A stretch of DNA of 63,644 nucleotides from an uncultured Verrucomicrobiota bacterium (lineage in GTDB: Bacteria; Verrucomicrobiota; Verrucomicrobiia; Palsa-1439): NCBI GenBank assembly GCA_903847335.1, contig CAINDI010000126.1, positions 1-63,644 of the forward strand, in the 5' to 3' direction. Both the position numbers and the translations under genes were made by a program. Positions 1 through 10,032 of this stretch are shown in pieces (within the stretch, counting starts at the first letter, position 1; every line of letters begins with the position of its first letter). The notes under the pieces were generated by a model. The model saw only the letters and a list, made by a program, of their open reading frames with translations. It was not told the origin of the DNA and ran no database searches.

Positions 1-439
1 GGCCTTCGGTCACCCGGGCTTCATTCCATTGCAACCGCCACCGGTACTCTTTTTCCCAACTGGCGCGATCGCGGAAAAGATGCTCAATCTCTGTCGGTAT
101 CGAGCCTGCATCGGGTGCTTGGAGAACGATGACGCCTTCGCTATTCAACACATGCTTGGAACCATCTGGGAATTCTTGAACTACACGTGGTTCAAACTCC
201 GGCTTCAGCGAACAATTCGGATGAAACGCCGAGTACCAATCAAAATCAAAACCTAACTTCGTATTGATTTCGGCATCCGCCGGATTGCCGTCGCCCCAAA
301 CGCGCGCTAATTCTTTGCTAAGGTGTCCTTCCGTCGCCCATTTTTGCAACGTCTCATTCCAATACCCAAAGTGAACGACCGGCACACGCTCGACCGGTTG
401 ATAGTGCAGAATCCGCATGGCCATTTCCGCTGTGTTCAT
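1..439 (-). CDS. hypothetical protein, N-terminal ~146 codons only (gene runs off the left edge); weak resemblance to URO-D/MtaA-like family
   Basis: Absent from the ORF track because it has no stop inside the window. Manual reverse-strand translation from ATG at 439-437 stays open to base 1: MNTAEMAMRILHYQPVERVPVVHFGYWNETLQKWATEGHLSKELARVWGDG... It displaces the 75-aa plus-strand ORF 29..256. The family guess rests only on an N-terminal motif recalled from memory. Confidence 0.55.
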   Translation of the reverse strand, partial: MNTAEMAMRILHYQPVERVPVVHFGYWNETLQKWATEGHLSKELARVWGDGNPADAEINTKLGFDFDWYSAFHPNCSLKPEFEPRVVQEFPDGSKHVLNSEGVIVLQAPDAGSIPTEIEHLFRDRASWEKEYRWRLQWNEARVTEG

Positions 440-563
440 CGTCGTCCCTTTCCGTTTGGCTTGAAGTTCTAGCGCGACTCTATAAGACAAGGACGATGAG
501 TCAAGCGCATCTTCGGCATGGCATTGCCGGCGGGGCGGTGATTTGCTAAATTACGGATATTCT

Positions 564-1811
564 ATGAATACATTCCAATATCGGCGTGGTGAATTGTGCT
601 GTGAGCAAGTACCGGTGCAGCAGTTGGCGGAAAAATTCGGCACTCCGTTGTACGTCTACAGCCGTAACCATATCGTCGGCCAGTTCACGGCGCTGGACCA
701 AGCGCTTCAGTCAGTCGAGCATACGGTTTGCTATGCCGTCAAAGCCAATAGCAACCTTGCGATTCTGAGCGCACTGGCCAAGGCGGGCGCGGGATTTGAT
801 ATCGTCAGCGCCGGTGAGCTTTACCGCGTTATCCACGCCGGCGGCGACCCGACGAAGTGTGTTTTCTCCGGTGTCGGGAAGACGCGCGAAGAAATTGAAT
901 ATGCCCTCAAGCTTGGGATTTACATTTTCAATGTCGAAAGTGAAGCGGAACTCCGACAGCTTTCCGCAGTCGGTCAACGGCTGCGCCGGCGCGCGCCAAT
1001 TGCGTTGCGCGTAAATCCGCATGTGGATCCAGACACGCATCATCATATTGCCACCGGTAAGAAAGAAAGTAAGTTCGGCATTTCCATCGAACGCGCACTC
1101 GCGGTCTACCAGGAAGCTAGCCGGTTACCGGGCATCGAAATTCGCGGCGTGCAAATGCATATCGGCTCACAAATCACTCGCGTCACACCGTTCGTGCAGG
1201 CCACCCGGAAATTACTCAAGTTGATGGCGCAGGTTCGCGCACTCGCGCCGGCGACATTGCAGTCGTTCGACATCGGCGGCGGACTGGGCATTTGTTACAA
1301 AGACCAAACTCCGCCAACGGCGCAGCAGTTTGCGGCGAAGGTGCTGCCGTTGGTGAAAAACACCGGGCTACGATTGTTGATAGAACCGGGCCGGTTTATC
1401 GTCGGTAACGGTGGTTCGCTGATCACCCGCGTAGTTTATATCAAGAAAACACCGGTGAAGACCTTTGTCATCACGGATGCCGCGATGAACGATTTGATTC
1501 GGCCGGTCTTGTACGACAGCTATCACGAAATTCTGCCGGTGCGACAATCGCGCAGTCGGAAGCGAAAAGTGGATGTCGTCGGGCCGGTCTGCGAATCCGG
1601 CGACTTTTTTGCGAAAGACCGTCCACTACCGGAGGTGAACGCCGGTGATTTACTCTCCGTCATGAGCGCCGGTGCCTATGGCATGGGGATGGCATCGAAT
1701 TATAATTCCCGGCCGCGGCCGGCGGAAGTGTTGGTGAACGGCCGGCGGGCCACGTGTGTGCGCCGGCGAGAAACGTTGGCGGATTTAGTGCGCGGCGAAG
1801 ACCGGGGTTGA
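564..1811 (+). CDS. lysA: diaminopimelate decarboxylase
   Basis: ORF 543..1811. Typical PLP-dependent group IV decarboxylase sequence (GTPLYVYS, CYAVKANSN, EPGRFIVGN, CESGD, GAYGMGMASNYNSRPRPAEV). ATG at 564 preferred over the TTG at 543. Confidence 0.9.
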   Translation: MNTFQYRRGELCCEQVPVQQLAEKFGTPLYVYSRNHIVGQFTALDQALQSVEHTVCYAVKANSNLAILSALAKAGAGFDIVSAGELYRVIHAGGDPTKCVFSGVGKTREEIEYALKLGIYIFNVESEAELRQLSAVGQRLRRRAPIALRVNPHVDPDTHHHIATGKKESKFGISIERALAVYQEASRLPGIEIRGVQMHIGSQITRVTPFVQATRKLLKLMAQVRALAPATLQSFDIGGGLGICYKDQTPPTAQQFAAKVLPLVKNTGLRLLIEPGRFIVGNGGSLITRVVYIKKTPVKTFVITDAAMNDLIRPVLYDSYHEILPVRQSRSRKRKVDVVGPVCESGDFFAKDRPLPEVNAGDLLSVMSAGAYGMGMASNYNSRPRPAEVLVNGRRATCVRRRETLADLVRGEDRG

Positions 1812-1864
1812 CAAGCCGGAACATTTTTATAAAATCCGCGCCGGTAGTCTTTAGAAGTGCGCGG

Positions 1865-1893
1865 CCGCTTCGAAGTACTCGAAGCGGTTTTTT
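1865..1893 (+). terminator. rho-independent terminator after lysA
   Basis: 9-bp stem ccgcttcga / tcgaagcgg (1865-1873 / 1879-1887) followed by tttttt (1888-1893). Confidence 0.6.
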
Positions 1894-1935
1894 GTGCACA
1901 CGGACTTAAACGAAGAAAGGTAATGGAGTATTGTT

Positions 1936-2136
1936 ATGGCAACTGGAAAAGTGAAGTGGTTCGATACGAAAAAGGGTTTTGGATTCATCCAACAAGAAGG
2001 CGGCGCGGACGTGTTCGTGCACTACTCGTCAGTCACCGGCGACGGGTTCAAAAACCTGGAAGAAGGCCAGACCGTGGAGTTTGAACTGGTTGATTCTCCT
2101 AAGGGCCCGAAAGCTAGCAACGTCATCGTGAAGTAA
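1936..2136 (+). CDS. cold-shock protein, CspA family
   Basis: 66 aa. [31 protein letters not shown] carries the RNP1/RNP2-type motifs (KGFGFI, VFVHY). Confidence 0.92.
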   Translation: MATGKVKWFDTKKGFGFIQQEGGADVFVHYSSVTGDGFKNLEEGQTVEFELVDSPKGPKASNVIVK

Positions 2137-2157
2137 CCAACTTCGCTGACACCATAA

Positions 2158-2190
2158 CCCCTTGCCGACTTCGGTCGTCAGGGGGTTTGT
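2158..2190 (+). terminator. probable terminator after csp
   Basis: Imperfect hairpin cccct..ccgac ttcg gtcg..agggg followed by gtttgtgtt. Supports the downstream ATG at 2223 as the pepF start. Confidence 0.45.
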
Positions 2191-2222
2191 GTTATTATCC
2201 TGTGTATCACCAACAACCACCA

Positions 2223-3938
2223 ATGAATAATCTTCCGTTTGAAAAACTTACTCCGTACCGGCTGCGTACTTTCGTACCGGCCACCATCAACTGGGGCGAC
2301 TGGTCACAAATTGCGCCGCTCTTTGACGCCCTCGATCAACGCGTGTTAGCCAACGACGCCGACCGCGAACAGTGGCTGCGCGACTGGAGCGAACTCAGTG
2401 CCGCGCTTGACGAAGAATCTTCCCGCCGGTACATCACCATGACTTGTCACACCGATGATGCCGCCGCAGAAAAAGCGTATCTGCAATTTGTTGAATTCAT
2501 CGAACCGCAACTCAAACCCCGGCAGTTTGCACTGAGCCAACGCTACGTCGCGCAACCGTTGACGACACCCCGGTATGAAGTTTTCAATCGCGACATCGCC
2601 GTCACCATCAAACTTTACCGGTCTGAAAATGTTCCGATTGAAACCGAAGAATCCAAACTCGGTCAGCAGTATCAAAAACTCGCCGGCAGCCTCACCGTCC
2701 AATTTCGTGGCGAAGAAAAAACGCTCACCCAAATGAGCCGGAACCTTGAAGAACCCGACCGGGCGCTCCGGCAAGAAGCGTGGGAACTCGTAACCCGCCG
2801 GTGGTTACAAGAGCGAGAAAATTTTGACGCGCAGTTTGACCAGCTTCGCCAGCTCCGCTGCCAGATTGCGCACAACGCTGGATTTGATGATTATCTGGCG
2901 TACATTTTTCGGGCGCGCCGGCGGTTTGATTACACCGCGACGGATTGCCGTCAGTTTCACGATGCCGTCGAATCGGAAGTCATGCCACTCCTCCGTCAAC
3001 TGCAAGCGAATCGCCGCCGGCAACTCAACTTACCGGCGTTGCGTCCGTGGGATTTAGTGGTCGATCCTCTGAACCAGCCGCCGCTACGCCCATTTTCTAC
3101 GGTGGAACAATTATCCACCGGTGCTCAAGAGATTTTCCAGCGCGTGCATCCGGACCTCGGCGTAGATTACCGGTTGATGCGCGAGCAACAACTGCTTGAT
3201 TTGGAAAATCGGAAAGGCAAAGCTCCCGGCGGCTATCAGTGCACCTTGAACGAAGCGCGCGTGCCGTTTATTTTTATGAATGCCGTTGGCGTTCAGCGCG
3301 ACGTGGAGACATTGCTTCACGAAGGCGGCCATGCATTCCATGCGTTGGCGAGGCGCGAAGAAGATTTGCTGGCGTACCGGGACGGTGTGCCGATTGAATT
3401 TGCTGAAGTCGCTTCGATGAGTATGGAGCTACTCGGCGGCGAGCATCTCGATGTGTTTTACAATCCCGAGGACGCGAACCGCGCCCGGCGAACACACCTC
3501 GAACAAATCGTCACGATTCTCGCTTGGATTGCGACGGTGGACGCTTTTCAGCATTGGCTTTACACGCATCCGAATCATGCGCCTACTGAACGCGCCGCCG
3601 CTTGGGTAAACTTACGGAAACGCTTTGGCGGCGATGTGGATTGGACTGGTTATGAAGACGCTCGCGCCAATCTCTGGCACCGGCAGCTCCACATTTTTCT
3701 ACATCCGCTGTACTACATCGAATATGGCATCGCTCAACTCGGCGCACTCCAAATCTGGGCTAACTCCCGCCGCGAAAAATCAGGCGCACTCGCCGCCTAC
3801 CGGCGCGCCTTGGCACTCGGCGGCTCACGACCTTTGCCGGAATTGTTTGCCGCAGCCGGTTGCCGATTCGATTTCAGCGCGGCAACATTGCGACCGCTCA
3901 TGACGATGATCCGTCAGATTTTAGAACTCCCGGCGTGA
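2223..3938 (+). CDS. pepF: M3-family oligoendopeptidase (PepF-like zinc metallopeptidase)
   Basis: ORF 2187..3938. HEXXH zinc motif in LLHEGGHAFHA. Length (~570 aa) and overall pattern fit M3B oligoendopeptidase F. Start taken at MNNLPFEKL (2223), after the csp terminator. Confidence 0.78.
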   Translation: MNNLPFEKLTPYRLRTFVPATINWGDWSQIAPLFDALDQRVLANDADREQWLRDWSELSAALDEESSRRYITMTCHTDDAAAEKAYLQFVEFIEPQLKPRQFALSQRYVAQPLTTPRYEVFNRDIAVTIKLYRSENVPIETEESKLGQQYQKLAGSLTVQFRGEEKTLTQMSRNLEEPDRALRQEAWELVTRRWLQERENFDAQFDQLRQLRCQIAHNAGFDDYLAYIFRARRRFDYTATDCRQFHDAVESEVMPLLRQLQANRRRQLNLPALRPWDLVVDPLNQPPLRPFSTVEQLSTGAQEIFQRVHPDLGVDYRLMREQQLLDLENRKGKAPGGYQCTLNEARVPFIFMNAVGVQRDVETLLHEGGHAFHALARREEDLLAYRDGVPIEFAEVASMSMELLGGEHLDVFYNPEDANRARRTHLEQIVTILAWIATVDAFQHWLYTHPNHAPTERAAAWVNLRKRFGGDVDWTGYEDARANLWHRQLHIFLHPLYYIEYGIAQLGALQIWANSRREKSGALAAYRRALALGGSRPLPELFAAAGCRFDFSAATLRPLMTMIRQILELPA

Positions 3939-3977
3939 GAGCTTGCGCCGGTACGGCACTTTGCTTAAACTTCGGAT

Positions 3978-4481
3978 ATGAAAATTCGCTTTGCCATTAT
4001 ACTTTTTGCCGCCACAACTTTTTTTACTTCGCATCTCATAGCCGAAGATCAAGCCCTGGGTGTGTTGGACGAAAAGGTCAGTAAACTCACCGCCCAAGCG
4101 GAAGATTTACAGTTCCGGTACCAGCAACTTCAAAAAACTCTCGAGAAGATTCAAGCCGATCTTACTCAGCTGCGTCAGGCTGTTGCCGCCGCCGGTGGCA
4201 CGTCACCGGCAGAGTTAAAAATGTTGGAAGACCGGATTGCAGCCGTCGATGCCGCCCGGCAAAAAGACCGGCAAGCCATTATTGAGCAGTTAGCCAAAGA
4301 ACTTTCTGGTACCGGTAAATCACCGGCAATCGGCGATGGGAAAGAACACATCGTCGCAAAAGGTGAAACGCTCAGCTCCATTGCCAAAACTTACGGCATC
4401 ACCGTGGCGGATTTGAAAAAAGCCAATAATCTCACCGGGACCGATATCAAGGTTGGCCAGAAGCTTTCGCTTCCGAAATAA
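3978..4481 (+). CDS. LysM domain protein with N-terminal signal/anchor and coiled coil
   Basis: N-terminal hydrophobic segment MKIRFAIILFAATTFFTSHLIA, a heptad-like middle, and a C-terminal LysM (HIVAKGETLSSIAKTYGITVADLKKANNLTGTDIKVGQKLSLP). Confidence 0.75.
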   Translation: MKIRFAIILFAATTFFTSHLIAEDQALGVLDEKVSKLTAQAEDLQFRYQQLQKTLEKIQADLTQLRQAVAAAGGTSPAELKMLEDRIAAVDAARQKDRQAIIEQLAKELSGTGKSPAIGDGKEHIVAKGETLSSIAKTYGITVADLKKANNLTGTDIKVGQKLSLPK

Positions 4482-4487
4482 ATCGGC

Positions 4488-7400
4488 TTACACTTTTTCT
4501 GGACGACCGGTGTCCCAGAAGATGTTTTTCTGCGGTGCGCTAGTTTTTCGTTCGCTACTCCAGTTTTGCCGAGGACTGGCGGTTTTTGCGGCGAGCTTTT
4601 CGGCATCCACTTTCAACCATACTGAATCTTCACCGAGAATTGCTTCCAACTCTTCCACAAGTGCTGATTCCGGCGTAACCGAAAAATGCTCGTGCGCTTC
4701 CAGAAAAACTAATTTTCCTTCGGGATAAATGAAACAGAACATCACCGGTACCGGACCGGTGTGTGCGCGGAGAACGGTTTGGATGCGAGTTAAGATTTCT
4801 TCATTGGCGGTATTGGTCGCGAGCCGGATGTGCACCGCTTTCGTGAACCGCTTCGGCACCTCGGTCAGCGGAATAATTTGGTCGGCGTAAATTTTGGGTT
4901 TGTCTTCCTTCAGGCTGACGGTACCGGTGATGAAAACGGCCGCATCGGCTGTCAAGATGCTGCTGCATTTGGCATAGGCTTCCGGAAAAACCAACACTTC
5001 GACTATGCCGTCGAGATCTTCAATCGACAAAATTGCCATCGGCTTGTTTTGCTTCGTCAACTTTGGCTGCAATTTACCGATGAGACCGCCGAGACGGATG
5101 GCTTGGCCATCCGGTAGTTGGGCGAGTTGCGCGGTGGAAGCCAGCTCGTACCGCCGGAGAATCTCGGCAAATTTCGTCAACGGATGGCCGGTCACGTAGA
5201 AGCCAAGTAATTCTTTTTCAAAACCAAGCAGGTCGCTTTGGCTCCAAACAACCGCCGGTGACTGCCCAGATGTTTTGCGGGTATTAACTGGTGCGACATC
5301 AAAGAGCGCATTCTGGCCGCTTTCCCGATCGCGTTGGGCAGTTGCCGCTCGATCCAATTGGTAATTCATGTCCGCCCAAACCTGAGCGCGAGACGGATTG
5401 ATCACATCGAATGCGCCGCACTTGATGAGACATTCGACAACCTTCCGGTTCACAACTCGTGCATCAATCCGGTCGCAGAAATTCGCCAACGATTGAAACG
5501 GACCGGCAGCTTTCCGAACCGTAATAATATTTTGGACGGCAATCTCACCGACATTTTTAATCGCGGCCATCCCGAAGCGGATTCGGCCTTGATCCACCGT
5601 GAAACGCACACCGCTTTCGTTCACATCCGGCGGCAGCACTTCAATCTTCATGTGCCGGCACTCGTTGATGAAGAGCTGAATTTTATCGGTGTTCGCCAAT
5701 TCGTTCGACAACAGTGCGGCCATGAACTCGACTGGGAAGTGCGCCTTCAAATAAGCCGTCTGGTAGGCGACGACAGCGTAGGCGGCGCTGTGGGCTTTGT
5801 TAAAACCATAGCCGGCAAACTTCGCCAGCGTGTCAAAAATCTTTTCGGCTTTTGCCTTCGGAATTTTGTGCGTGTCCGCGCAACCTTTGACAAAGGTGAC
5901 GCGCTGTTTTTCCATTTCTTCCGGCTTTTTCTTACCCATCGCCCGGCGCAGCAAATCGGCACCACCAAGTGTATAACCGGCTAAAACATTCGCCGCCTGC
6001 ATAACTTGCTCTTGGTAGACAAAAATCCCGTAGGTCTCTTTCAGAATCGGCTCTAACGCCGGGTGGTCGTATTCCACTTTCACCTTGCCGTGTTTCCGCG
6101 CGATGTAATCATCGATGAACTGCATCGGACCGGGCCGGTACAGCGCGATGAGGGCGTTGATTACTTCAATCGAATCAATGCCGATGCGCCGGCACAAATC
6201 GCGCATTCCACCGGATTCCAACTGGAAGAGGCCGATGGTATTGGCCTTCATCAGCATGTCGAAAGTCTTCTGATCATCGACCGGAATCTGATTAATATCA
6301 ATCTGCTGACCGGTGGTGTCCTGAATGAGATCGAGACAATCTTTGATGACCGTCAACGTCTTCAATCCAAGAAAATCCATCTTCAGCACACCGAGATCGC
6401 CGAGCGGATTCATCGAATATTGCGTAACGATATCGCTGGGATTTGTCCCGGTGGTCAGCGGAACAATGCTGGTCAGCGGCCCATCGCTAATCACAACGCC
6501 GGCGGCATGCGTCGAAGCATTGCGGGCAATTCCTTCCAGCGTTTTGCCGAGATTAATAATGCGCTGAACCGGCTCTTCCGTTTGATACGCGGTTTTTAAT
6601 TCCGGGTTCATCTCCAGCGCCCGGTCGAGCGTCATATTCAAATCTGGCGGAATCATCTTGGCAATCCGGTCGCAATCGCCATAGCTAAAACCCAACACCC
6701 GGCCGACATCGCGCACCACCATCTTCGCGCCGAGCGTACCAAAGGTGATGATTTGCGCCACGTGATCCGTGCCGTATTTCTGCCGGACATACTCGATGAC
6801 TTCCGGTCGCCGGTTGTAACAGAAATCCATATCGATATCCGGCGGTGACACGCGTTCGGGATTCAAAAATCGTTCGAAGAATAACCCGTACCGGAGCGGA
6901 TCAATGTCGGTAATTTTCAACGCATACGCCACCAAGCTACCGGCGGCACTACCACGGCCCGGTCCGACTGGAATGCCATGACTTTTCGCAAAGTGAACAA
7001 AATCCCAGACAATTAGGATATAGCTGACAAAACCCTGCTTCGCGATAATCTGCAATTCATGCTCGACGCGCGTGAGAACCTCCGCCGTCGGCGCATCGCC
7101 ATACCGGTCGCGAATACCGGCATCCACTAATTGCCGGATATATTTTTCGCGCGGGATATTCTCCGGTGGGTGATAAACTGGAAAACGTAATTTCCCAAAC
7201 TCAAATTTGAAACTGCATTTCTCCGCAACTTCGAGCGTGTTCTGAATCGCCTCCGGTACTTCTGCAAACAATTCGTGCATTTCCGCCGGCGTCCGCAGAA
7301 AAAATTGCTCCGGCTCATACCGCATCCGCTTTTCTTCACTCACCTGCGCTTGCGTCTGGAGACAAATCAAACAATCGTGCGCTTCCCAATCTTGGCGCTC

Positions 7401-8039
7401 GACGTAATGCACGTCATTCGTCGCCACAAGTGGCAGCTTAAATTCTTTGGCCCATTGTACGAATTGCCGGTTGACTTGGCGCTGAGCGGCAATGCCGTGG
7501 TCTTGAAGTTCGAGATAGAAATCGCCCGGCGCAAAAATCTGCCGGTACTCATCCAGCGCCGCTTTGGCTTGGTCAATTCCCGCATTGACGAGCTTGTATG
7601 GCACTTCGCCTTTCAAACAAGCGGTTAGGCCAATCAAACCTTTCGCATGTTCCGCGAGCAGTTCCTTGTCGATCCGGGGTTTGTAATAGAAACCGGTCAG
7701 TTGCGCTTCGGTAACAAGCTGGATGAGATTTTTGTAACCAATCTCATCTTTCGCCAGCAGAATTAAATGATACGCGGCATCCCGTGCGCTGGCAGCTTTC
7801 TTTTCTTTGCGTGACCCCGGTGCAATATAAACCTCGCAACCGATGATGGGCTTGATTCCTTTTTCGGTGGCCGCCTTGAAAAATTCTACCGCGCCAAACA
7901 TTCCGCCGTGATCGGTAATCGCAATGGCGGGCATCTGACAGGCGTGGGCTTTTTCAATGACATCGTCCACCCGGCACGCTCCGTCGAGCATACTGTACTC
8001 CGTATGCAAATGCAGATGAACAAAATCAGCGCGCTTCAT
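4488..8039 (-). CDS. dnaE: DNA polymerase III alpha subunit
   Basis: ORF 4488..8096. N-terminal PHP motif FVHLHLHTEYSMLDG, then the palm/fingers regions and a C-terminal OB region, ~1183 aa. Start taken at MKRADFVHLH (ATG 8039-8037), which forms an ATGA overlap with the upstream ubiD-family stop. Confidence 0.95.
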   Translation of the reverse strand: MKRADFVHLHLHTEYSMLDGACRVDDVIEKAHACQMPAIAITDHGGMFGAVEFFKAATEKGIKPIIGCEVYIAPGSRKEKKAASARDAAYHLILLAKDEIGYKNLIQLVTEAQLTGFYYKPRIDKELLAEHAKGLIGLTACLKGEVPYKLVNAGIDQAKAALDEYRQIFAPGDFYLELQDHGIAAQRQVNRQFVQWAKEFKLPLVATNDVHYVERQDWEAHDCLICLQTQAQVSEEKRMRYEPEQFFLRTPAEMHELFAEVPEAIQNTLEVAEKCSFKFEFGKLRFPVYHPPENIPREKYIRQLVDAGIRDRYGDAPTAEVLTRVEHELQIIAKQGFVSYILIVWDFVHFAKSHGIPVGPGRGSAAGSLVAYALKITDIDPLRYGLFFERFLNPERVSPPDIDMDFCYNRRPEVIEYVRQKYGTDHVAQIITFGTLGAKMVVRDVGRVLGFSYGDCDRIAKMIPPDLNMTLDRALEMNPELKTAYQTEEPVQRIINLGKTLEGIARNASTHAAGVVISDGPLTSIVPLTTGTNPSDIVTQYSMNPLGDLGVLKMDFLGLKTLTVIKDCLDLIQDTTGQQIDINQIPVDDQKTFDMLMKANTIGLFQLESGGMRDLCRRIGIDSIEVINALIALYRPGPMQFIDDYIARKHGKVKVEYDHPALEPILKETYGIFVYQEQVMQAANVLAGYTLGGADLLRRAMGKKKPEEMEKQRVTFVKGCADTHKIPKAKAEKIFDTLAKFAGYGFNKAHSAAYAVVAYQTAYLKAHFPVEFMAALLSNELANTDKIQLFINECRHMKIEVLPPDVNESGVRFTVDQGRIRFGMAAIKNVGEIAVQNIITVRKAAGPFQSLANFCDRIDARVVNRKVVECLIKCGAFDVINPSRAQVWADMNYQLDRAATAQRDRESGQNALFDVAPVNTRKTSGQSPAVVWSQSDLLGFEKELLGFYVTGHPLTKFAEILRRYELASTAQLAQLPDGQAIRLGGLIGKLQPKLTKQNKPMAILSIEDLDGIVEVLVFPEAYAKCSSILTADAAVFITGTVSLKEDKPKIYADQIIPLTEVPKRFTKAVHIRLATNTANEEILTRIQTVLRAHTGPVPVMFCFIYPEGKLVFLEAHEHFSVTPESALVEELEAILGEDSVWLKVDAEKLAAKTASPRQNWSSERKTSAPQKNIFWDTGRPEKV

Positions 8040-9448
8040 CCCGCAGCTTTCGCGCCGGTAGCGTCCATTTGAATCAGCGGCGGCCAAGTCCGGCAATTCG
8101 CTTCACCAGAAAGTTTGTGGGTCGCATCAATGCCAAGCTTACTTCCGAATCCCACCACCGGTGTCGCATGGTCGAGCACATCGGCTGGCCCTTTACTAAA
8201 AATAAGATCGCGCTGCGGATCGATATTCGCGCACAACCGGAACAGAACTTCCCGGGTGTCATGTACGTTCACATCTTCGTCCACCACGACAATCATTTTT
8301 GTGAACATCATCTGTCCCATGCCCCACAATCCGTGCATTACTTTCATCGCGTGATAGGGAAATTGCTTCCGAATAGAAACGACCACCAGATTATGAAAGA
8401 CGCCTTCCGCCGGTAACGCAATGTCGACAATTTCCGGGAAAGTCATTTTGAATACCGGCAGAAAAATCTGCACACTCGCACTGCCAATATAAAAATCTTC
8501 CATCGGCGGAATACCCACAATCGTACTCGGATAAATTGCATCACACCGCGCCGTAATCCGTTCAATATGAAATTTCGGATACGGCTCCGGTAGCGTGTAG
8601 TAGCCGGTGTGATCGCCAAACGGTCCTTCCATCGCCAAGGGTTCTTGCGGGTCCACGTAACCTTCTAAAACGAAATCCGAATTCGCCGGTACTTCTAAAT
8701 CGTTCGTCTGACATTTCGCCAGCTCCACAGATTTTTTCCGCAAATAACCAGCCAGCATGAATTCATCAATTCCATCTGGTAACGGTGCCGTCGCGCAAAA
8801 GGCTAAAACCGGATCGCCCCCCAGCGCCACAGTGACTGGCATCCGTTTTTGCAGTTCGCAATACCGGCGCCAGTGTCGCGCCCCGGTTTTATGAAGTTGC
8901 CAATGCAAAAATGTCGTCCGCTCGTCAATCACTTGCATCCGGTACATGCCGACATTCCGTGCGCCGGTATCTGGATCGCGTGTAATCACCATCGGTAACG
9001 TGAGAAATCTTCCGGCATCTTTGGGCCAACATTGCTGAATCGGCAAAGCACTTAAGCCCGGTAATTCTTCCGTTGCCGCACAAACTTTACCGGTACTCGG
9101 TTTTGTGTGGCGCAAATCCATTGCGGTTCCCAACAACGCCAGCGCTTCCTTGAAGGACGCGGGTGGTTTCGCAGTCAGAATTCCGTGGAGTTCTTTGGCA
9201 ATCGTCGCGACATCCGGCACGCCGAGCGCTAGCGCGATCCGCCGGTGCGAACCATAGGCATTGATGAGCAGTGGAAATTTCGCGCCTCGGCAATTTTCAA
9301 AAAGTAATGCTTGGCCGCCGCTCGGCGCTTTCATTTCCTGATCGGCAATAGTGGTGATTTCTAGAACCGGATCAACCGCGGTGCGAATGCGTTTCAATTC
9401 GCCGGCCGCGTCCAATTTTTCCACGAACTCGTGCAGGGAACCGTACAT
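8036..9448 (-). CDS. UbiD-family (prenyl-FMN dependent) aromatic decarboxylase
   Basis: 470 aa. The N-terminus MYGSLHEFVEKLDAAGELKRIRTAVDPVLEITTIADQ and overall pattern are typical of UbiD / menaquinone-biosynthesis decarboxylases. Confidence 0.85.
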   Translation of the reverse strand: MYGSLHEFVEKLDAAGELKRIRTAVDPVLEITTIADQEMKAPSGGQALLFENCRGAKFPLLINAYGSHRRIALALGVPDVATIAKELHGILTAKPPASFKEALALLGTAMDLRHTKPSTGKVCAATEELPGLSALPIQQCWPKDAGRFLTLPMVITRDPDTGARNVGMYRMQVIDERTTFLHWQLHKTGARHWRRYCELQKRMPVTVALGGDPVLAFCATAPLPDGIDEFMLAGYLRKKSVELAKCQTNDLEVPANSDFVLEGYVDPQEPLAMEGPFGDHTGYYTLPEPYPKFHIERITARCDAIYPSTIVGIPPMEDFYIGSASVQIFLPVFKMTFPEIVDIALPAEGVFHNLVVVSIRKQFPYHAMKVMHGLWGMGQMMFTKMIVVVDEDVNVHDTREVLFRLCANIDPQRDLIFSKGPADVLDHATPVVGFGSKLGIDATHKLSGEANCRTWPPLIQMDATGAKAAG

Positions 9449-9576
9449 GCGATATTCAATAACACAGCGACTGGATTCATCGCGAACTTTTTTGTTTAAA
9501 TCATCCGCTTGACGCTGAGGAATTGTCCTGCTATTGGTTTAAATACTTGGAAGCAACCATCCATGAAAGGATTCGA

Positions 9577-9975
9577 ATGAACAACCGAGTAAAATGCACT
9601 GTTCTTAGTCTCGCTGTCGCCGCAACGCTCGCCGGTGTTTCTTGCCAACAGGCAACCACACCCGCCGCCGCTCCAGCTGCGCAGCCAGCCACCCGGACCG
9701 ACAATGGCCGGTATCAAATCGTGATTGGGAATGAAGGAACCGCCGGTACCGTGTTGTTCTTGCTCGATTCACGCGATGGCGGCACCTGGATTTATCGTCC
9801 ACCCACACCTGGCACGCCAGCGTTTAACGGATTCTGGAGCGACATCCCGCGGATTACCTATCCACCGGAAACCTGGCAACAAGTGTTCTCCAGCATGGTG
9901 AAGCAGGCGCAAGACGCGCAAGCCGCCGCCACTCGCCAAGCTCAACCAAACGCGCCGGCAGCCCCAGCGCGATAA
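9577..9975 (+). CDS. hypothetical lipoprotein
   Basis: ORF 9523..9975. Start taken at ATG 9577, preceded by gaaagg. Lipobox-like LAGVSC after a hydrophobic leader, and low-complexity Ala/Pro-rich ends. Confidence 0.6.
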   Translation: MNNRVKCTVLSLAVAATLAGVSCQQATTPAAAPAAQPATRTDNGRYQIVIGNEGTAGTVLFLLDSRDGGTWIYRPPTPGTPAFNGFWSDIPRITYPPETWQQVFSSMVKQAQDAQAAATRQAQPNAPAAPAR

Positions 9976-9993
9976 CGCGACGTTGTTTTACAG

Positions 9994-10032
9994 AACGCGC
10001 CGGTCTGGATTCAGACCGGCGCGTTTCTTTTT
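9994..10032 (+). terminator. rho-independent terminator (perfect 14-bp stem) shared by convergent genes
   Basis: aacgcgccggtctg (9994-10007) / cagaccggcgcgtt (10012-10025), loop gatt, then tttcttttt. The right arm overlaps the last codons and stop of the NUDIX gene on the other strand. Confidence 0.6.

Noticed and set aside
29-256. 75-aa plus-strand ORF at the left edge.
   Set aside because: The minus strand is open from 439 to the window edge and has a much more protein-like sequence and start context. The plus ORF is its shadow.
440-563. Looked for a lysine riboswitch or other leader upstream of lysA.
   Set aside because: The interval is too short (~120 nt) for an L-box and lacks its conserved helices. 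It is more likely just a divergent promoter region.
5334-6599. 216-aa and 178-aa plus-strand ORFs inside dnaE.
   Set aside because: They are antisense to an unambiguous DnaE reading frame and have no independent support.
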